56,574 bases of DNA, filler included, from Catajapyx aquilonaris (GCA_000934665.2; 4 parts of 4 records of this genome joined end to end with filler, not necessarily neighbours in it); one strand, 5' to 3'; positions 14,392-26,772 are shown, counted from the first letter of the whole stretch. The notes: generated from the sequence alone by a model not told the origin. Program-made: numbers and translations.

Positions 14392-14739
14392 TAAGACACG
14401 AGAAGCGCTTCCGAAGAACCGGTATCGGTAGCATCTTCAAAAAAGGCATCCGATACCGCTTCTACAACCGCTCCCATGTTCGCAAAGAGCTACCGGTTAC
14501 CGGATGACAAGGGTACCGAGAAATTCGGAAGCGCTTCTTTTCCCATCCAAGACACGAGAAGCGCTTCCGAAGAACCGGTAGCATCTTCAAAAAAGGCATC
14601 CGATACCGCTTCTACAACCGCTTCCATGTTCGCAAAGAGCTACCGGTTACCGGATGCCAAGGGTACCGAGAAATACTGGAAGCGCTTCTTGTACCGGGTC
14701 CGGATCGGTATCATAGAAGCGCTTCTTTTTCCATCCCTG
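14392..14739. repeat. Internal tandem duplication (about 150 bp x2) in a probable hAT-like MITE end
   Basis: AAGACACGAGAAGCGCTTCCGAAGAACCGGTA... occurs twice, and the segment ends in ...TTTTTCCATCCCTG. Confidence 0.6.
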
Positions 14740-14891
14740 TACATGACCTCACTCTTACATTAGTATAGGGGTTCATACTTTGCTAGTGTCTATAAGATAG
14801 TGTAACTGTAACAGATTGTTTGGCTGAATTTTCGTCTTTTTATTAGCCACTATTAGTCACTGTTTAGAGGTTCTGACTATTATCTTAGGAC

Positions 14892-17152
14892 GGATTTCGA
14901 CCAAAATTTGTAGGTTTGTAGTACTTGTCATTATATGTAGCCTAAGCAAGAGCTAATATTATTAATTATTAGCTCTTGATGTAAGGAACCGAGTTTATGT
15001 TTCTCGGTATTACGTGGTTGCGAAACTACAGGGTGACTTAGTTTTGATTTTTCACTCATTTGTCACTGTCAGGGCTTTGAATGGAGGCTTTAACTTCTGA
15101 ACCCCTATCCAAATACTGATACTCTTTCATGACTTCGGAAGCTCTTGTCACGGCGGGCTAATATGAGCAGTTGGGTCATTCCACGTCAATAATTCAGGGA
15201 ACGTCACTCCACCAGGGGAATCCCCTCCTGTCAAAATTGCGTGACAAATCTGCAGGAATAAGCTGCAACGTATGTGTAGACTGCGGTACCTTTTATTGTA
15301 TGCATCCATACCCTCGCTTATTTGCGTGATAAAACATCAATGTTGACCATTTCCGTAATCATATTCGGATGCTGGTTTCTATGTAACATTTGTAGGCCTA
15401 CCTGTGCTATAATTCATGCCTGGTAGTTTGTTAATCTGTGCATTTTGGTCAAGGAGAGGAATCATGATTTGTTATGTGCTCAATTATGAATTGCACTCTT
15501 TTAACAGCCTTTCATGATATCTCATTGATAAAGGCGGGTTCATTTTAGCTCTAATATTACTCCAGAGTTGGCCATTTTTAAGATTTTTTGAGTGGCACTC
15601 GAAATGAAGCTCGAAATGTGGGCTTTATCTTTCCGGAAAGTCTAGACTCTAGAAGAACCCTTTTTGGAATGCCACTCGCTAGAGGGCGAAAATACAGCCG
15701 GTGTGCGCTCTGGGCGTGTACGCTGGTCACTTGGAGGACCATAACACCCAGATGATCGGGTTGAATCTTACACTTGATGTGTGCATTGTAAAGATATTTT
15801 CACGGTCTATAAGGTGATTATTCTCATCATTAAAAATCAAAACTCATGTTCAATAAAAAATTGCGGCCACATTTTCCTATTTTCACATTTTTCATTAATC
15901 TACCGGTACGATTTGTGTCGAATGGCACTTGAAATTGTGCCGGTAATGTTTTCTCGCGGTTTCCGCAAAATTTGGACCATAGAAATGCGACATTTGTCAA
16001 CTACAAAAAAAAATTGTGCATTTTAGTCCCTCCTGAGAATAAGGAGTCGAAATCAGAATTTTTATCGACGTGTAAGGAAGATCTTTAAAAAACTTTTTGC
16101 GTGGCTAAAATATGATGATATGGCAATTTCTAGATCCAGGATGAATGTGAAAACTCCCATATTAGCAATTCTATAATAATTGCTATTAAGTAACAATCAG
16201 ATATAGCCCAAGCACTATCATTTTGAAGAGAGAACCTGCCTCATAGTGACTTAATAACAATTATGCAGTTACTGACATTACATGGCGGTTTTCACATTCT
16301 TCCTGGATCTAGAAACTGCCACGTCATCATTTAGCCACGAAAAAAGTTTTTTAAAGATCTTCCTTACATGACAATAGAAATTCTGATTTCGATTCCTTTT
16401 CAGAAGGGCCTAAAATGCACAATTTTTTTTTGTAGTTGACAAATGTCGCATTTCTGTGGTCCGAATTTTGCGGAAACCGCGAGAAAACATTACCGGCACA
16501 ATTTCAAGTGCCATTCAAAACAAATCGTACGGGTAGATTAATAATGAGAAATGTCAAAATAAAAATATTTGGCCGCAATTTTGGAATGAACATTAGTTTT
16601 GATTTTTAATGATGGGAATAATCACCGGTCACAGAGCGTGAAAATATCTTTACAATGCACACATCAAGTGTAAAATTCAACCCGATCTTCTGGGTGTTAT
16701 GCAGGTCTTCCAAGTGACCAGCGTACACGCCCAGAGCACACACCAGAGCGCACAAGTTACGGGCCTCCATTCAAAGCGTCCCTGACTTTATAATTGATAT
16801 ATTTAAGGAGGTTGGCCCAGCATTGCTTTTCAACCTCCAAGGATAGGGAAGGAAGGAAGCGGCTGTGGCCTATTATACGGAAGCAACCCCGGAATTATCC
16901 TAGAAAGACCGTGGAAAACCACAGAAAACCACGGTCAAGGTTGCCGGCCCCGCGGGATTCGAACCCAGGACCTCCCGATTAGCAGTCGGACGCCTTATCC
17001 ACTATGCCAACCTGCTTCGGTAGCGTCCCTGACAGTGAAAAACGTGTGAAAAGTCAAAACTAAGTCATCCTGTAAGTTCAAAACCACGTGACACCGAGAA
17101 ACATAAACTCGGTTCCTTACATACTACAACCCTACAAATTTTGGTCTAAATC
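14892..17152. mobile_element. Foldback element of about 2.3 kb with secondary insertions
   Basis: Outer arms 14892-15088 pair with 16763-17152. Inner arms about 15700-16165 pair with about 16280-16750. Confidence 0.8.
16787..17021 (-). mobile_element. tRNA-derived SINE, family B (resembles Lm1/Talua-type insect SINEs)
   Basis: Head GTTGGCATAGTGGATAAGGCG...GGTTCGAATCCC, body GGCCACAGCCGCTTCCTTCC, and 12-bp TSD AGCGTCCCTGAC (16775-16786 and 17022-17033). Degenerate copy at about 55030-55170. Confidence 0.85.
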
Positions 17153-19031
17153 GTAAAAGGTTTGTCGGAAAAGTGGTAGCCGTTGATGTGGAATGATGCC
17201 TCTATTTTCTGTGGTAGGGCTACACATTGACGCACGTATAAATTATTTTTTTGGCAGACCTAACCAAAATATTGATAGACACAAACGGAGTATTCATATG
17301 GAAATGGCCAGGTTTACAGGTCAGGTTACGTTGTCCTCGATAATAAGCTAGCCCACAACCGACTCTTGCCTGTTCGGTTTTGCATATTTTTTTCTATCCC
17401 TAAAGCGCCGATTACTTTCCTGAACGACAGCAGCATGCTTTAAAGCTATGAAAGTGGAATATATTGTTGTGGGACGAGAGCAGCTCTGGGTGACCTCTTC
17501 GTCCCAGATACAGGCCACTGCCTCTATCTGTCCGGACTAACTGCGCTATAATAAGTGGAACATGCTATGCGACATTCCAATATTATTACATAGGTCGGAC
17601 TGTCATGATAACCAGGACCGGTTTTTCCAACACGAACACTATTAGGGCGCAGCATGTCAACACAAAGAAGCAGATCCATTTATCTGTGCGATATCAGGGA
17701 TTTCTACAAAGCAAATATATTGTAAGCATTGCATGAATATGATTAATTATCTAAATATAGCAACATTTTGGCGACTCTTTTCGATAGCATTTTGATAGCG
17801 GATTTACATCTGAATGGTTTACATGACGAGTCAAGGAACCGTAGAACCGATTTTTTTTTAAACAGTCCTGCTCTGGTCTCTTTATTATACACTTTATATA
17901 CCACTAAGGTCTACAGTTATATTAATTTAAAATAAGGGAAATGTCTTAGCAGCATTAAGAGTTCTGGGCTATATGAATATCAAAATAATGCATTTTCTTG
18001 CCAACTATAATTTTGTCTGTTCCAGTCGCTTTAAAGTAATAAAATTGCCATCGGAAACGGTCACATCAACTGGAAGGATTGGAGCACATTGTACTGGCAA
18101 ATAAAAACCGGCTGTCGATGACATTTCGCAATAACGCATGTGGGAAACATTGAACCTTTTTTCTGCCACATTGTCTGTGAATCTGAGAACACAACTTTTT
18201 TCGGCTGCATTTTTGACTTTTCAAGGTTGATTTTTCGCAAGTGGCACCGTTCGCATTGTATGAAAAATGCCAGGAAAACGCAAATTATTATCGTTATCCT
18301 CCTCTTGTACGGTGAATGTAACAAAAGGTGCCTTGAAACCATTTAAGCCGACACCGATCTGACCATTAGACCGGCTTCTCCTGGGAATGCTTTGTGATGC
18401 AGACAAACTATTGCCCAATCTTAAACTTTCGTGTTCTGCCCGCTGAAATTGCGACACACCACTCCTGCCACTTAAATGGGACGTGTATACTATGCGATTC
18501 TGAATTTTTGCCATACCATGCAGGGTAGCAGCCATACACAGCCGTACTGCTGGGTACAGCTCGCCAACAGGTGAGTCCGACGCCTCATACGAACTTGACA
18601 GAGTGTGGTATAGCCAATGCCATTTGATAAGACATGTTGATAACAATTGCAGATTTTTTTATGTAAATACTGCAATTAGTGCTAACAGAGTCGCATATTT
18701 GCTATAGAGGTTTCAACAATATTGTCTTTTGACTATTCACACTCTTCATTTTGATCGGTAGTCACGAGCTGACGAAAGTTCAGGTCACTATTGTAACTGT
18801 CGGATATCTCCATTTGTATACATCTTAAAAGTCATAGTGGAAGTATTTCAGTTGTCACAAGTTCAGATCACTAAAAATCATAAGAATGGACTGCTTCTGG
18901 CTGTTGCTTGATTTCGTTAGGGCTGAACAAATCTGTAGTCATGCAGTTAGATTCCGTCAAACAGGTTGAACACACAGATAAGATCGCAATTAGTTTTCAG
19001 GACCAGGATTTAGCAAGGAGGCCAGCAAAAC

Positions 19032-20185
19032 ATGCCGATAACATCAGCTAAGGATCCACCGCCTCTACTTCATGGAATTTTGCATGGATTGTCCGTCTCG
19101 GGTCACGAAGGTCACCCTCTGGACCACCCTCCTGAATGGCTGGACAAGGAGAAGTACAAGAGGGGACAGCAATTCTGCAGGAAGTACCTGCTTCCTGTAC
19201 TGTTGGGCAACTTCTTCTCTATGATGTCCATCTTCGTCTGGCCACCAATCTTCAAGGTCATACTGTACACTAGAAGTTTGGAGACCATTCCCAAGGCGTT
19301 CAGACGAACCTTCCTGACCATGGCATACTTCAAGTCGTGGTACCTGGGAGACATTTACGACCAATCGGACGAGGCGTACCGGAACATGAGGAAGGTGCAG
19401 GAATTGCATCGGAAGTGGGCCTCAGCAGTTGGCAGGGACAGAGATAAGGTGAGTACACAGTGTTAGTGCCACATAAGTAATTCAACCACTTTTGCATTTG
19501 CAAGGTGAGAACCAACAAAGCGGATACGTCTCGGGAACCTGGCATCGAGGCTCTGTGCACCACTTGGCCGGAGACGCGTCGGAACATGGCATGCTACAAC
19601 CCGCCGGTACAGCAGCTTCCTGCACCAGACGATCCTTGTTACATGAGTCAAGTGGACCACGCCATCACCGTTTTGGGCATCATCACGCCAGTTCTTCTGT
19701 CTCCAGAGAAGCTAGGGATACACGGTGCGACGAAGCAGGACCTGGAAGGGTACGCGCACCTCTGGAGGGTGCTGACCTACCACTTGGAGATACAGGACCA
19801 GTTCAACCCTTGCTCGGGGAACCTCTACCTGGTCCAGGCCAGGTGCCAGGAGCTGCTCGACTCTGTGGTGTATCCGGCCTTCCAGAACATGACTAAAGAG
19901 ACAGAGTACATCCTGAGGGTTGTCGTAGAGAGCACACTCAACACCACAGTACCCACGTCGTACCTTTCGGCCGAGGCGATAACCCTGTACATGGGCTGGT
20001 GCACCAACGACATCGACATGAAAGTGTTTCGCAACATGGTCGGCTGGCACGGATGGTTCCACTATTGGCTCCTCCGGTACATGTTTCAATATCTGCTACG
20101 TATACCGTTTGTTGTGAACATCTTCAACTACTACTTGCAGTCTAAAGAACGAGAAATTAAAAGCCAAATGAAGGATCAGTACTAA
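19032..20185 (+). CDS. ER-bound oxygenase MpaB / rubber oxygenase (Lcp, DUF2236) family protein, paralog 1. Exons 19032-19448 and 19505-20185; 365 aa.
   Basis: Motifs PEWLDKEKYKRGQQF, RRTFLT, KVQELH, MSQVDH and EGYAHLWRVLTYHLEIQDQFNPC. The 56-nt GT-AG phase-0 intron (19449-19504) joins two ORFs in frame, and the product is colinear with paralog 2. Confidence 0.85.
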
Positions 20186-21544
20186 ATCCATTGCACATAG
20201 AAATACTATATCGCCAACCTGCTATCAATCGCTAACTTCTCTATAAAGCCAATGCTTACTGAAGAGAATTCTTTAAAATTATTTACGTTGTGTTTAAAAA
20301 TCAGTTTTGAACAAAAGTATCCTGCTGCTACACAAGCATCGTCGCTCTACAAAAACTAAGCGAATGGTTTTTTTTCTTCTTCTTTGTTTGTTTGTTTGTT
20401 ATCTTTATTTAGATTTTGTCGGCCTGCAGCTTCTTCTTTTTAACCTTCAGCTTGCTCGAGGTCTGATGGCTGTACGAGTGTACAGTATAGTGTAGCGCCA
20501 AAAAAAAAACTTTGTTATAAATTTTTTGACATACTGCACAAGACTCTGAATCGGCAACCTTCAAGTCGTGCAGTCCGTGTCGTACAGTACAGTAAATGAT
20601 ATTACATACGGCTGCTTCCCTTTATCTAAAAACGTTTCACTTGTATCAGAATCAGAATCATTCAACTTGTGCAAAATGTTAAATTAGAAAATAAATTGAC
20701 CTCCTTTTACCTAAATTAATCATAGAGCAACATTGTATTTGCAAAGACTTTGTCTGCAGAGAGATTTACGGGTTAAAATATCGTGTAACTTGGTTCCTAT
20801 TTTTTTGCAAATAAAAATTTTATTTGTAAAATAAGTGTTGTGCATGCTACTTTTATCAATATTCAGATGTGAAGTGTTTGCTGACAACTATAAATAATAA
20901 GGCCCTCTTAATTTACGCGGAACTGAAATAACTTCCTGTAACGACGTAACGTGTAAAAATCCGACTTTTAAAACTTTCATCCAAACGCTTATTTTAGGTA
21001 TTCATTAATTATATATTATTAGTGCTATTAATATTTCAATATCAAAAATCAAGGACAGTTGGTTCTTCGTCCTCCTGCCATTTTAAGCATCTTACTTTTT
21101 CTAGTGGGGAATCTACCATAAGTTTTCTCGTGACATGTCGTGGCGACTAAAATTGTTGACAACTATCTTTATAGAAGGAGGAGGAAGACACCATGCGGCT
21201 GGAGTTTTAAGGGGGCACTACAACAGTCATTGACCTTCAAAATATCGATTTCCCTCATGTCCTTCGAATTATATATCTACAGAGATGTAATTTGGTCTCG
21301 GCAGCGTCGTTATTGAGATAGGCCTAATAGACTTCGAAGACAATATCCTGAGGGTTATGCATCCCTCCGTACAACTCGGCTTAAAATTGAAATAACGGAA
21401 GACACCATGCAAATTTTGAATTAACTGCTATAGCTCCTAGCCGCCACGGATTGTACGTTTCATTAGCTGCATAGACAATCGTATTGTGTGAGCAATCTAC
21501 CTCACGGCATGAAATATTGTTGATGGCCTGCGATCCCTCACGCG

Positions 21545-21807
21545 GCCAATAGAAATCGAAAGCAATTCCTCATACACGTTCATCTTTTTTGCGCTGCATC
21601 TACCTCCTTTTGTTGCTACTGCTGCGGTTGTGTCTGTTCGTTCACATGTAGCATGCAAGGCCTGGGGGCCGCATCGCATAACAGTGTTCTTGCGAAACCA
21701 GGACTGAATGGCTTGGAGAAATCTTGGATGAAGTTCCGCAAAGGCAGGTCGTGGATTCACATGTGCTTCGGAGAGCGGGCTCCTCTTCAGTTCAAACAAC
21801 AAGTCCA
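21545..21807 (+). promoter_or_regulatory. Candidate promoter and non-coding first exon of paralog 2
   Basis: CCAAT at about 21546, strong donor A|GTAAGT at 21808, and a matching acceptor TTTCTCTTTCCATTTCAG ending at 23979, about 100 nt upstream of the ATG. Confidence 0.35.
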
Positions 21808-24076
21808 GTAAGTACAGACATGTTTTGTGTTACTTAGAACTGAAGCGGTTTTTTTGACATGTTTCGCACACATATTTTGTGTCAATAAGTAGGGCGAAAA
21901 TCCAATTGGGTTTTAATAACTTTGCAAAGTATTTACGCACTGTAAGGTGTTTCCGAACTCTTATTGTAATTTTTGGGGTTGCATTTGATAAGTCCTTGAT
22001 TATGTGATGCTGATAACAAAATAGTGTGGAAACATGATTGTAGCCATAATATGGTTTGAACGTTTGTGACGTAATTATTACATCAGGCAATTATTATACT
22101 GCAGCAAACTTTGCTAATACAATATTCGTACAATGCTAATGCAAGCACACATGTTCATATGAAAAATTTGATTAATTTTGAATGTATTATTAATTATCTT
22201 GTTCGGGATTTAATGGCACTGACTGAGCCTTGGTGTTGCTGTCGTCATTTAAATAAGTTCATTCCTATTTGCTATCATGCTATTAGATGCGCACTAAAAT
22301 ATTATCGCCACTTAAAATCAAAGCAGAAGTGAGATACGTTTTGTACAACTTGTTTTTACAGTAATGACCAGCCAAATCTTACAAAATGTATGAAAATCCA
22401 GGGTGTGCATGTTATTGACCTCTCCTACAATTTTTTTGGGTGGATTGGATAGGCACATCTGATTTTTACAGTTATTATGTTCATTCCGGAGTTAATCCAC
22501 ATAATAATCTGGCACACGCATTGATGCATATTCGGTTGTGAAACAGGTATTTAGTCTGCATGGAGCAGAACCTGAATTTATTATAATCTGATAATGCGTA
22601 GTAGTCAAGGCGGAAAAGCACCACTAGAGCGACAGGTTTTCCAATGCGCACAAAAACTAGGTGTGGTGAAGGGAATTCTAGGTTTTTTCCACAGAAAATG
22701 ACTGTGATGCTGAGAAGGTGGCATGTCCTTGACAAGATATTGCTGTCTATTCATCATACAGATATTTTTTTAAATACCTAGTTTTTCATATAGCCTACAA
22801 GTCTCCAACCCAGACAGAGACATTAGCAAACAAAATATTTACAAAATTATCAGATAGACCTACACCAGGGGACAATGAAACCCGACGCATAATAAAACAG
22901 CAAGGGTTAATATTATTTCATTCAGTGCACCAAAATTGTTTAATAACTCTCTGGCAAACAATATTACAGTATGGTGAGTGTAATGCTCGGTGTGATGAAA
23001 TGAAGGAATACAGTGCCGGTGGTTAGATAATACCGGGAACTGTACCTTACAATTTAATTACTCCTGATTACAGCTGTAAATGTATCACTATTAAATCCAT
23101 TCTTCCTCATGCTCATAATCAACTCTGCAATTTTGTGACGCACGAAGCGATATATCTCACCTTGCGTAATCTTTGTACAAAAACATGTCGTACTTTCCTT
23201 TCTAACTTTAATGACCCTTGAATTGTGTCAAATGCAACCTGCTGCAGCTGTGACCGCTGAAGTGACTGTATGAGCAAGAATACGCAATATCTATGTGCAG
23301 AATAAAAAGGAATTTGATTATAATCACGGCAGCAGGAGAGGATGTGCTCCTTAGTTACGGCAGCAAAAAGGCATGACCGAATAAAAATATACAATGGTCC
23401 TGTTATTCTGAGTAGTAGACCTACGCAGCGAGGTTTCCACTTTTGGCTATACTTCTGTCATTGCGGTAAGCCCACATGCTGAGATACTGTTTTAACAAGT
23501 CGGCAGGATTCTCATCAGAAATCTGTCAAAATAATTGCGAGAGGAAATTAGTATTTTATCTATACCACCCTACTTTACAGCTCTGCATTTAGCACCATGT
23601 TTATTGCACGCAAATGAGCCTAATTTATGTTGACTGTACAAATTGTATCCTCTCAAGGTCCGTCATGATGATTTTAAAATATGTATGCGCAAATTTTGCA
23701 TTGCTAATTGGTGTTATGCAACTTGTGACAATAGATGCCTTTAGTATAAGGGAATCAGCCTACATTTCATCAATGGGCACCTACTGAACTGTTGCAACCT
23801 CACGTGGATCCTTTGTTGAGATATGGCTCAGTAGATCCGTGCTGCTTAAAACTGTGCTAACTCTCTGCAAAACGGAAAAATACCTCCCAATAAATGTGTG
23901 CCAGAAAATCTCCAGGGGAAAAAAAAATTTCAACGAAACAATAATGTGAACTACCACGCAATTTCTCTTTCCATTTCAGATTGTCCTAATCTTGCGGCCA
24001 AAAAGCGAGTAGGCTGAGAAAACTCTTCCTTCTTTTTTCCGTGTGTGTTTTGATGCATACATAACGGTGAATAATA

Positions 24077-25273
24077 ATGGGAGGAGGGTCGAACATCCAC
24101 GCAACCAGTGACCCGGAAGAGGAGCCCTGCTTGCTCCAGCAGATCCTCCATGACGGATCGGCCATTCCAGCCCACGAAGGACATCCTTTGGACACCCCTC
24201 CTCCATGGCTGGACATGGACAAGTTCACACGAGGACAGCAATTCGCTCAGAAGTACCTAGTTCCTGTCCTGATAGGCAACTTCTTCGCCATGATGGGCAT
24301 CTTCGTCTGGAAGACCATCTACAGAGTGGTCCTCTTGACTCGAAATCTGGAGACGATTCGCAAGTCCGGAAAGCGTAATTTCACAACAATGGTGTACATC
24401 AAGTCCTGGTACGAAGGTGACTTGTGGGATCCGACCAGCACTAGTTACCAGAACATGAAGAAGGTGCATCGTCTGCACACAGTGGCAGCCACGGCGGCCA
24501 ATCAGAACCCGGAGGAGATGGAGACAGTTGCGGCCAACATGGAGCTGGAAAGACAGGTGCTGGAGAAATGCAACTCCTGGAAGCTTATCAGAGAGTTCAT
24601 GACTCAGTACCGAGCACCAATGGACAGGTTTCAGGTAGTTGCTAATGAAAATCATTACAGCAGATACTCCCACAATAATTGTAAAGCTCATCTCTGTGTA
24701 TCATACCAGGTACCGGCCGGCCCATGCTATGTCAGCCAGATGGACCATGTGATCACGGTGTTGGGGATCATATCGCCTGTGCTTCTGTCCCCGGAGAAGC
24801 TGGGGATACACGGACATACCAAGGCAGACCTGGAAGGGTTCGTGCACATGTGGCGGGTGTTGTCGTACCATTTGGGAATACAAGACAGATACAATCCTTG
24901 TTCGGGCAACCTATACATGGTTCAGACCCGATGCCAGGAGATGATGGACGGCATCGCGTACCCTGCATTCGCCAGCATATCACAAGATCAGGAGTACATA
25001 ATGAGACTGTGCGTCGAAGGGATCCTGAAGAAGTCAAAGGCCACGTCGTTCCTCAGCTTCGACGTCATGTTCATGTTCATGACCTGGGTGTACAACGACC
25101 TGGATATTTCCAGGTTCTATGGAATGACCACATGGCATGCAATCCTGCGTTTCTGGATCCTCCGGTTCATCGTGAATGTTGTGGTCCGACTTCCTCTGGT
25201 GCTTCCGTTCCTCAATCACTTGATGCGTCAACAAGCCGCGCTCTATTCGGTCCTCAAAGAAAAAATTCCCTAA
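24077..25273 (+). CDS. ER-bound oxygenase MpaB / rubber oxygenase (Lcp, DUF2236) family protein, paralog 2. Exons 24077-24634 and 24710-25273; 373 aa spliced.
   Basis: Motifs PPWLDMDKFTRGQQF, KRNFTT, KVHRLH, VSQMDH and EGFVHMWRVLSYHLGIQDRYNPC. Removing the AT-rich 75-nt GT-AG segment (24635-24709) gives a gapless alignment with paralog 1 across that region. Confidence 0.87.
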   Translation: MGGGSNIHATSDPEEEPCLLQQILHDGSAIPAHEGHPLDTPPPWLDMDKFTRGQQFAQKYLVPVLIGNFFAMMGIFVWKTIYRVVLLTRNLETIRKSGKRNFTTMVYIKSWYEGDLWDPTSTSYQNMKKVHRLHTVAATAANQNPEEMETVAANMELERQVLEKCNSWKLIREFMTQYRAPMDRFQVVANENHYSRYSHNNCKAHLCVSYQVPAGPCYVSQMDHVITVLGIISPVLLSPEKLGIHGHTKADLEGFVHMWRVLSYHLGIQDRYNPCSGNLYMVQTRCQEMMDGIAYPAFASISQDQEYIMRLCVEGILKKSKATSFLSFDVMFMFMTWVYNDLDISRFYGMTTWHAILRFWILRFIVNVVVRLPLVLPFLNHLMRQQAALYSVLKEKIP

Positions 25274-26199
25274 CACCTCGCGAAAATGTTCATAAATGTA
25301 ATTGCTGTCATTAAATGTGCTTATGGGCCAGGTACAAAATCGGTTTAAGTTCTTAGCAAAAAAAAACGTATCTGTAAACTATAAGATTAAAACTACTAAA
25401 ACTGCCCGTGTGCACCACCATCATAAAACATTTTCTGGGCGGAAAAGAGCCAGAAAAGTTTGTAGGAAAGTTCTGTGGTTTTTGGCAATTTTTCGGTCGG
25501 ATAATGTTTCCTGGAGCTGGTGCAACCGTACCGTCCACGTGGGAGTTTTGGTGAAAATATATGAAAAAGTGTATGAAATGCAACGAAAGCCAATAAAATT
25601 GCTATATGATTACAGCATACTTTCATAGCTCTGTGCTTTATAAATAATCGTGCACCTGTCTGACTTGAAGATGTTGGCACTCCTGCTGATCACATGGTCT
25701 TAACCGACTGATTATGATGGCTATTGGCCGGAATCGATGCTCCTCATTGGCTGATTGTAATACAACTAGTAGATGTATAGCAATGTTGCGACAGTTATTT
25801 GAACAATTCAATGCCAGTATTGTTCACCTCAATATTGTTGCTGCTGTCCTAACAACTCTGTTTACATACTCAACAATGTGTCCGACTTATGCACAATCGC
25901 AATGGTGTCCCCTTTTGGCGTACCATTAGGCATATTTTATGCACTGGGTAAGGACTATTATTTTTGCTTGTTGAATTATTTCAAGTTACAGGGCGGTCAA
26001 GTATAGCCAGAGTCACTTGTTAGGTCTTCACTTCCTCCTCCTGGACAAGCTGCAGCTGGATGACCCGACCCGCCATGTAGTGACCTTCACAGCCACTTCC
26101 TTCGTGGTAGCAGGATGTACTTTGTCGACACAGGTCAGCAGAAACATTAAAACACAGCACTCCATCCGTTCGCCTGTGCTATGCTATACCGTATGCTGT

Positions 26200-26772
26200 T
26201 TCATAGATGAGATGCTTGTCTCTACTGACTATCCCGACCTTCTTCGGAACAACCGGACACAACTTTCTGGCTACCTGCATCCTGGCCCAGGTCACGATCG
26301 GACCGATGTCCAACATCGCGGTCAACTTCCAGGAGGCAACACGGATGATCAGCTGTTCAAACGAGCTCATTTACAACATCAGCCTCGCAAGAGTCAGGGC
26401 AGATGCCACTCCAATCGGAGCAATCATCAGGAACTTCCATGTTAGAAACTTATTGGGCGTTTTCAAACGGGCACGGATCGGAACAAGCCGATCGGTTCCG
26501 TGCCCAGTTCATTCCCGTTTAATCTATCTAAGTACGACAACTAATCTTCCAAATAATGTCATCATCAGGGAGACAACGATCAAATCATGCATTCTAATCA
26601 GATCATAAGGACAGTAATGAACACCATGAGAAATGAAGTAGAGGGCAGGTTCGAGGAAGATGATGATGAATACCGGGAGGAAGAAATCAATGACTACGTG
26701 GACACCTTGCCTCAGGTACGTGCAATTATTTACGATTTAATGTCTTCGTATTTGGTCATAAATGCATATTAG
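26200..26772 (+). pseudogene. Degenerate PIF/Harbinger transposase C-terminus
   Basis: YNISLARVR...VRNLLGVFKR...II...SCIL followed by an acidic tail and R-x-II, matching the usual YN..H..TR..VE..FG.LK.RF...II..C.LHN pattern. Frameshifted. Confidence 0.5.

Noticed and set aside
16950..17021. tRNA gene with a GCT anticodon-like loop
   Set aside because: The acceptor stem is not intact and the sequence continues into a SINE body bounded by a TSD. The same applies to the tRNA-like heads at about 3700-3770, 46369 and 46854.
18061..18675. Cluster of overlapping short ORFs upstream of paralog 1
   Set aside because: No recognisable motifs or consistent frame. It may be old TE debris, but I cannot support a call.
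19032..25273. Recent horizontal transfer of the oxygenases from bacteria
   Set aside because: The proteins have the arthropod-type PxWxDxxKxxRGQxF N-terminal motif and spliceosomal introns, and nothing in the sequence indicates recent transfer. A phylogeny would be needed.
19065..25314. Antisense and alternative-frame ORFs over the oxygenase genes
   Set aside because: These are shadow ORFs expected from GC3-rich coding sequence.
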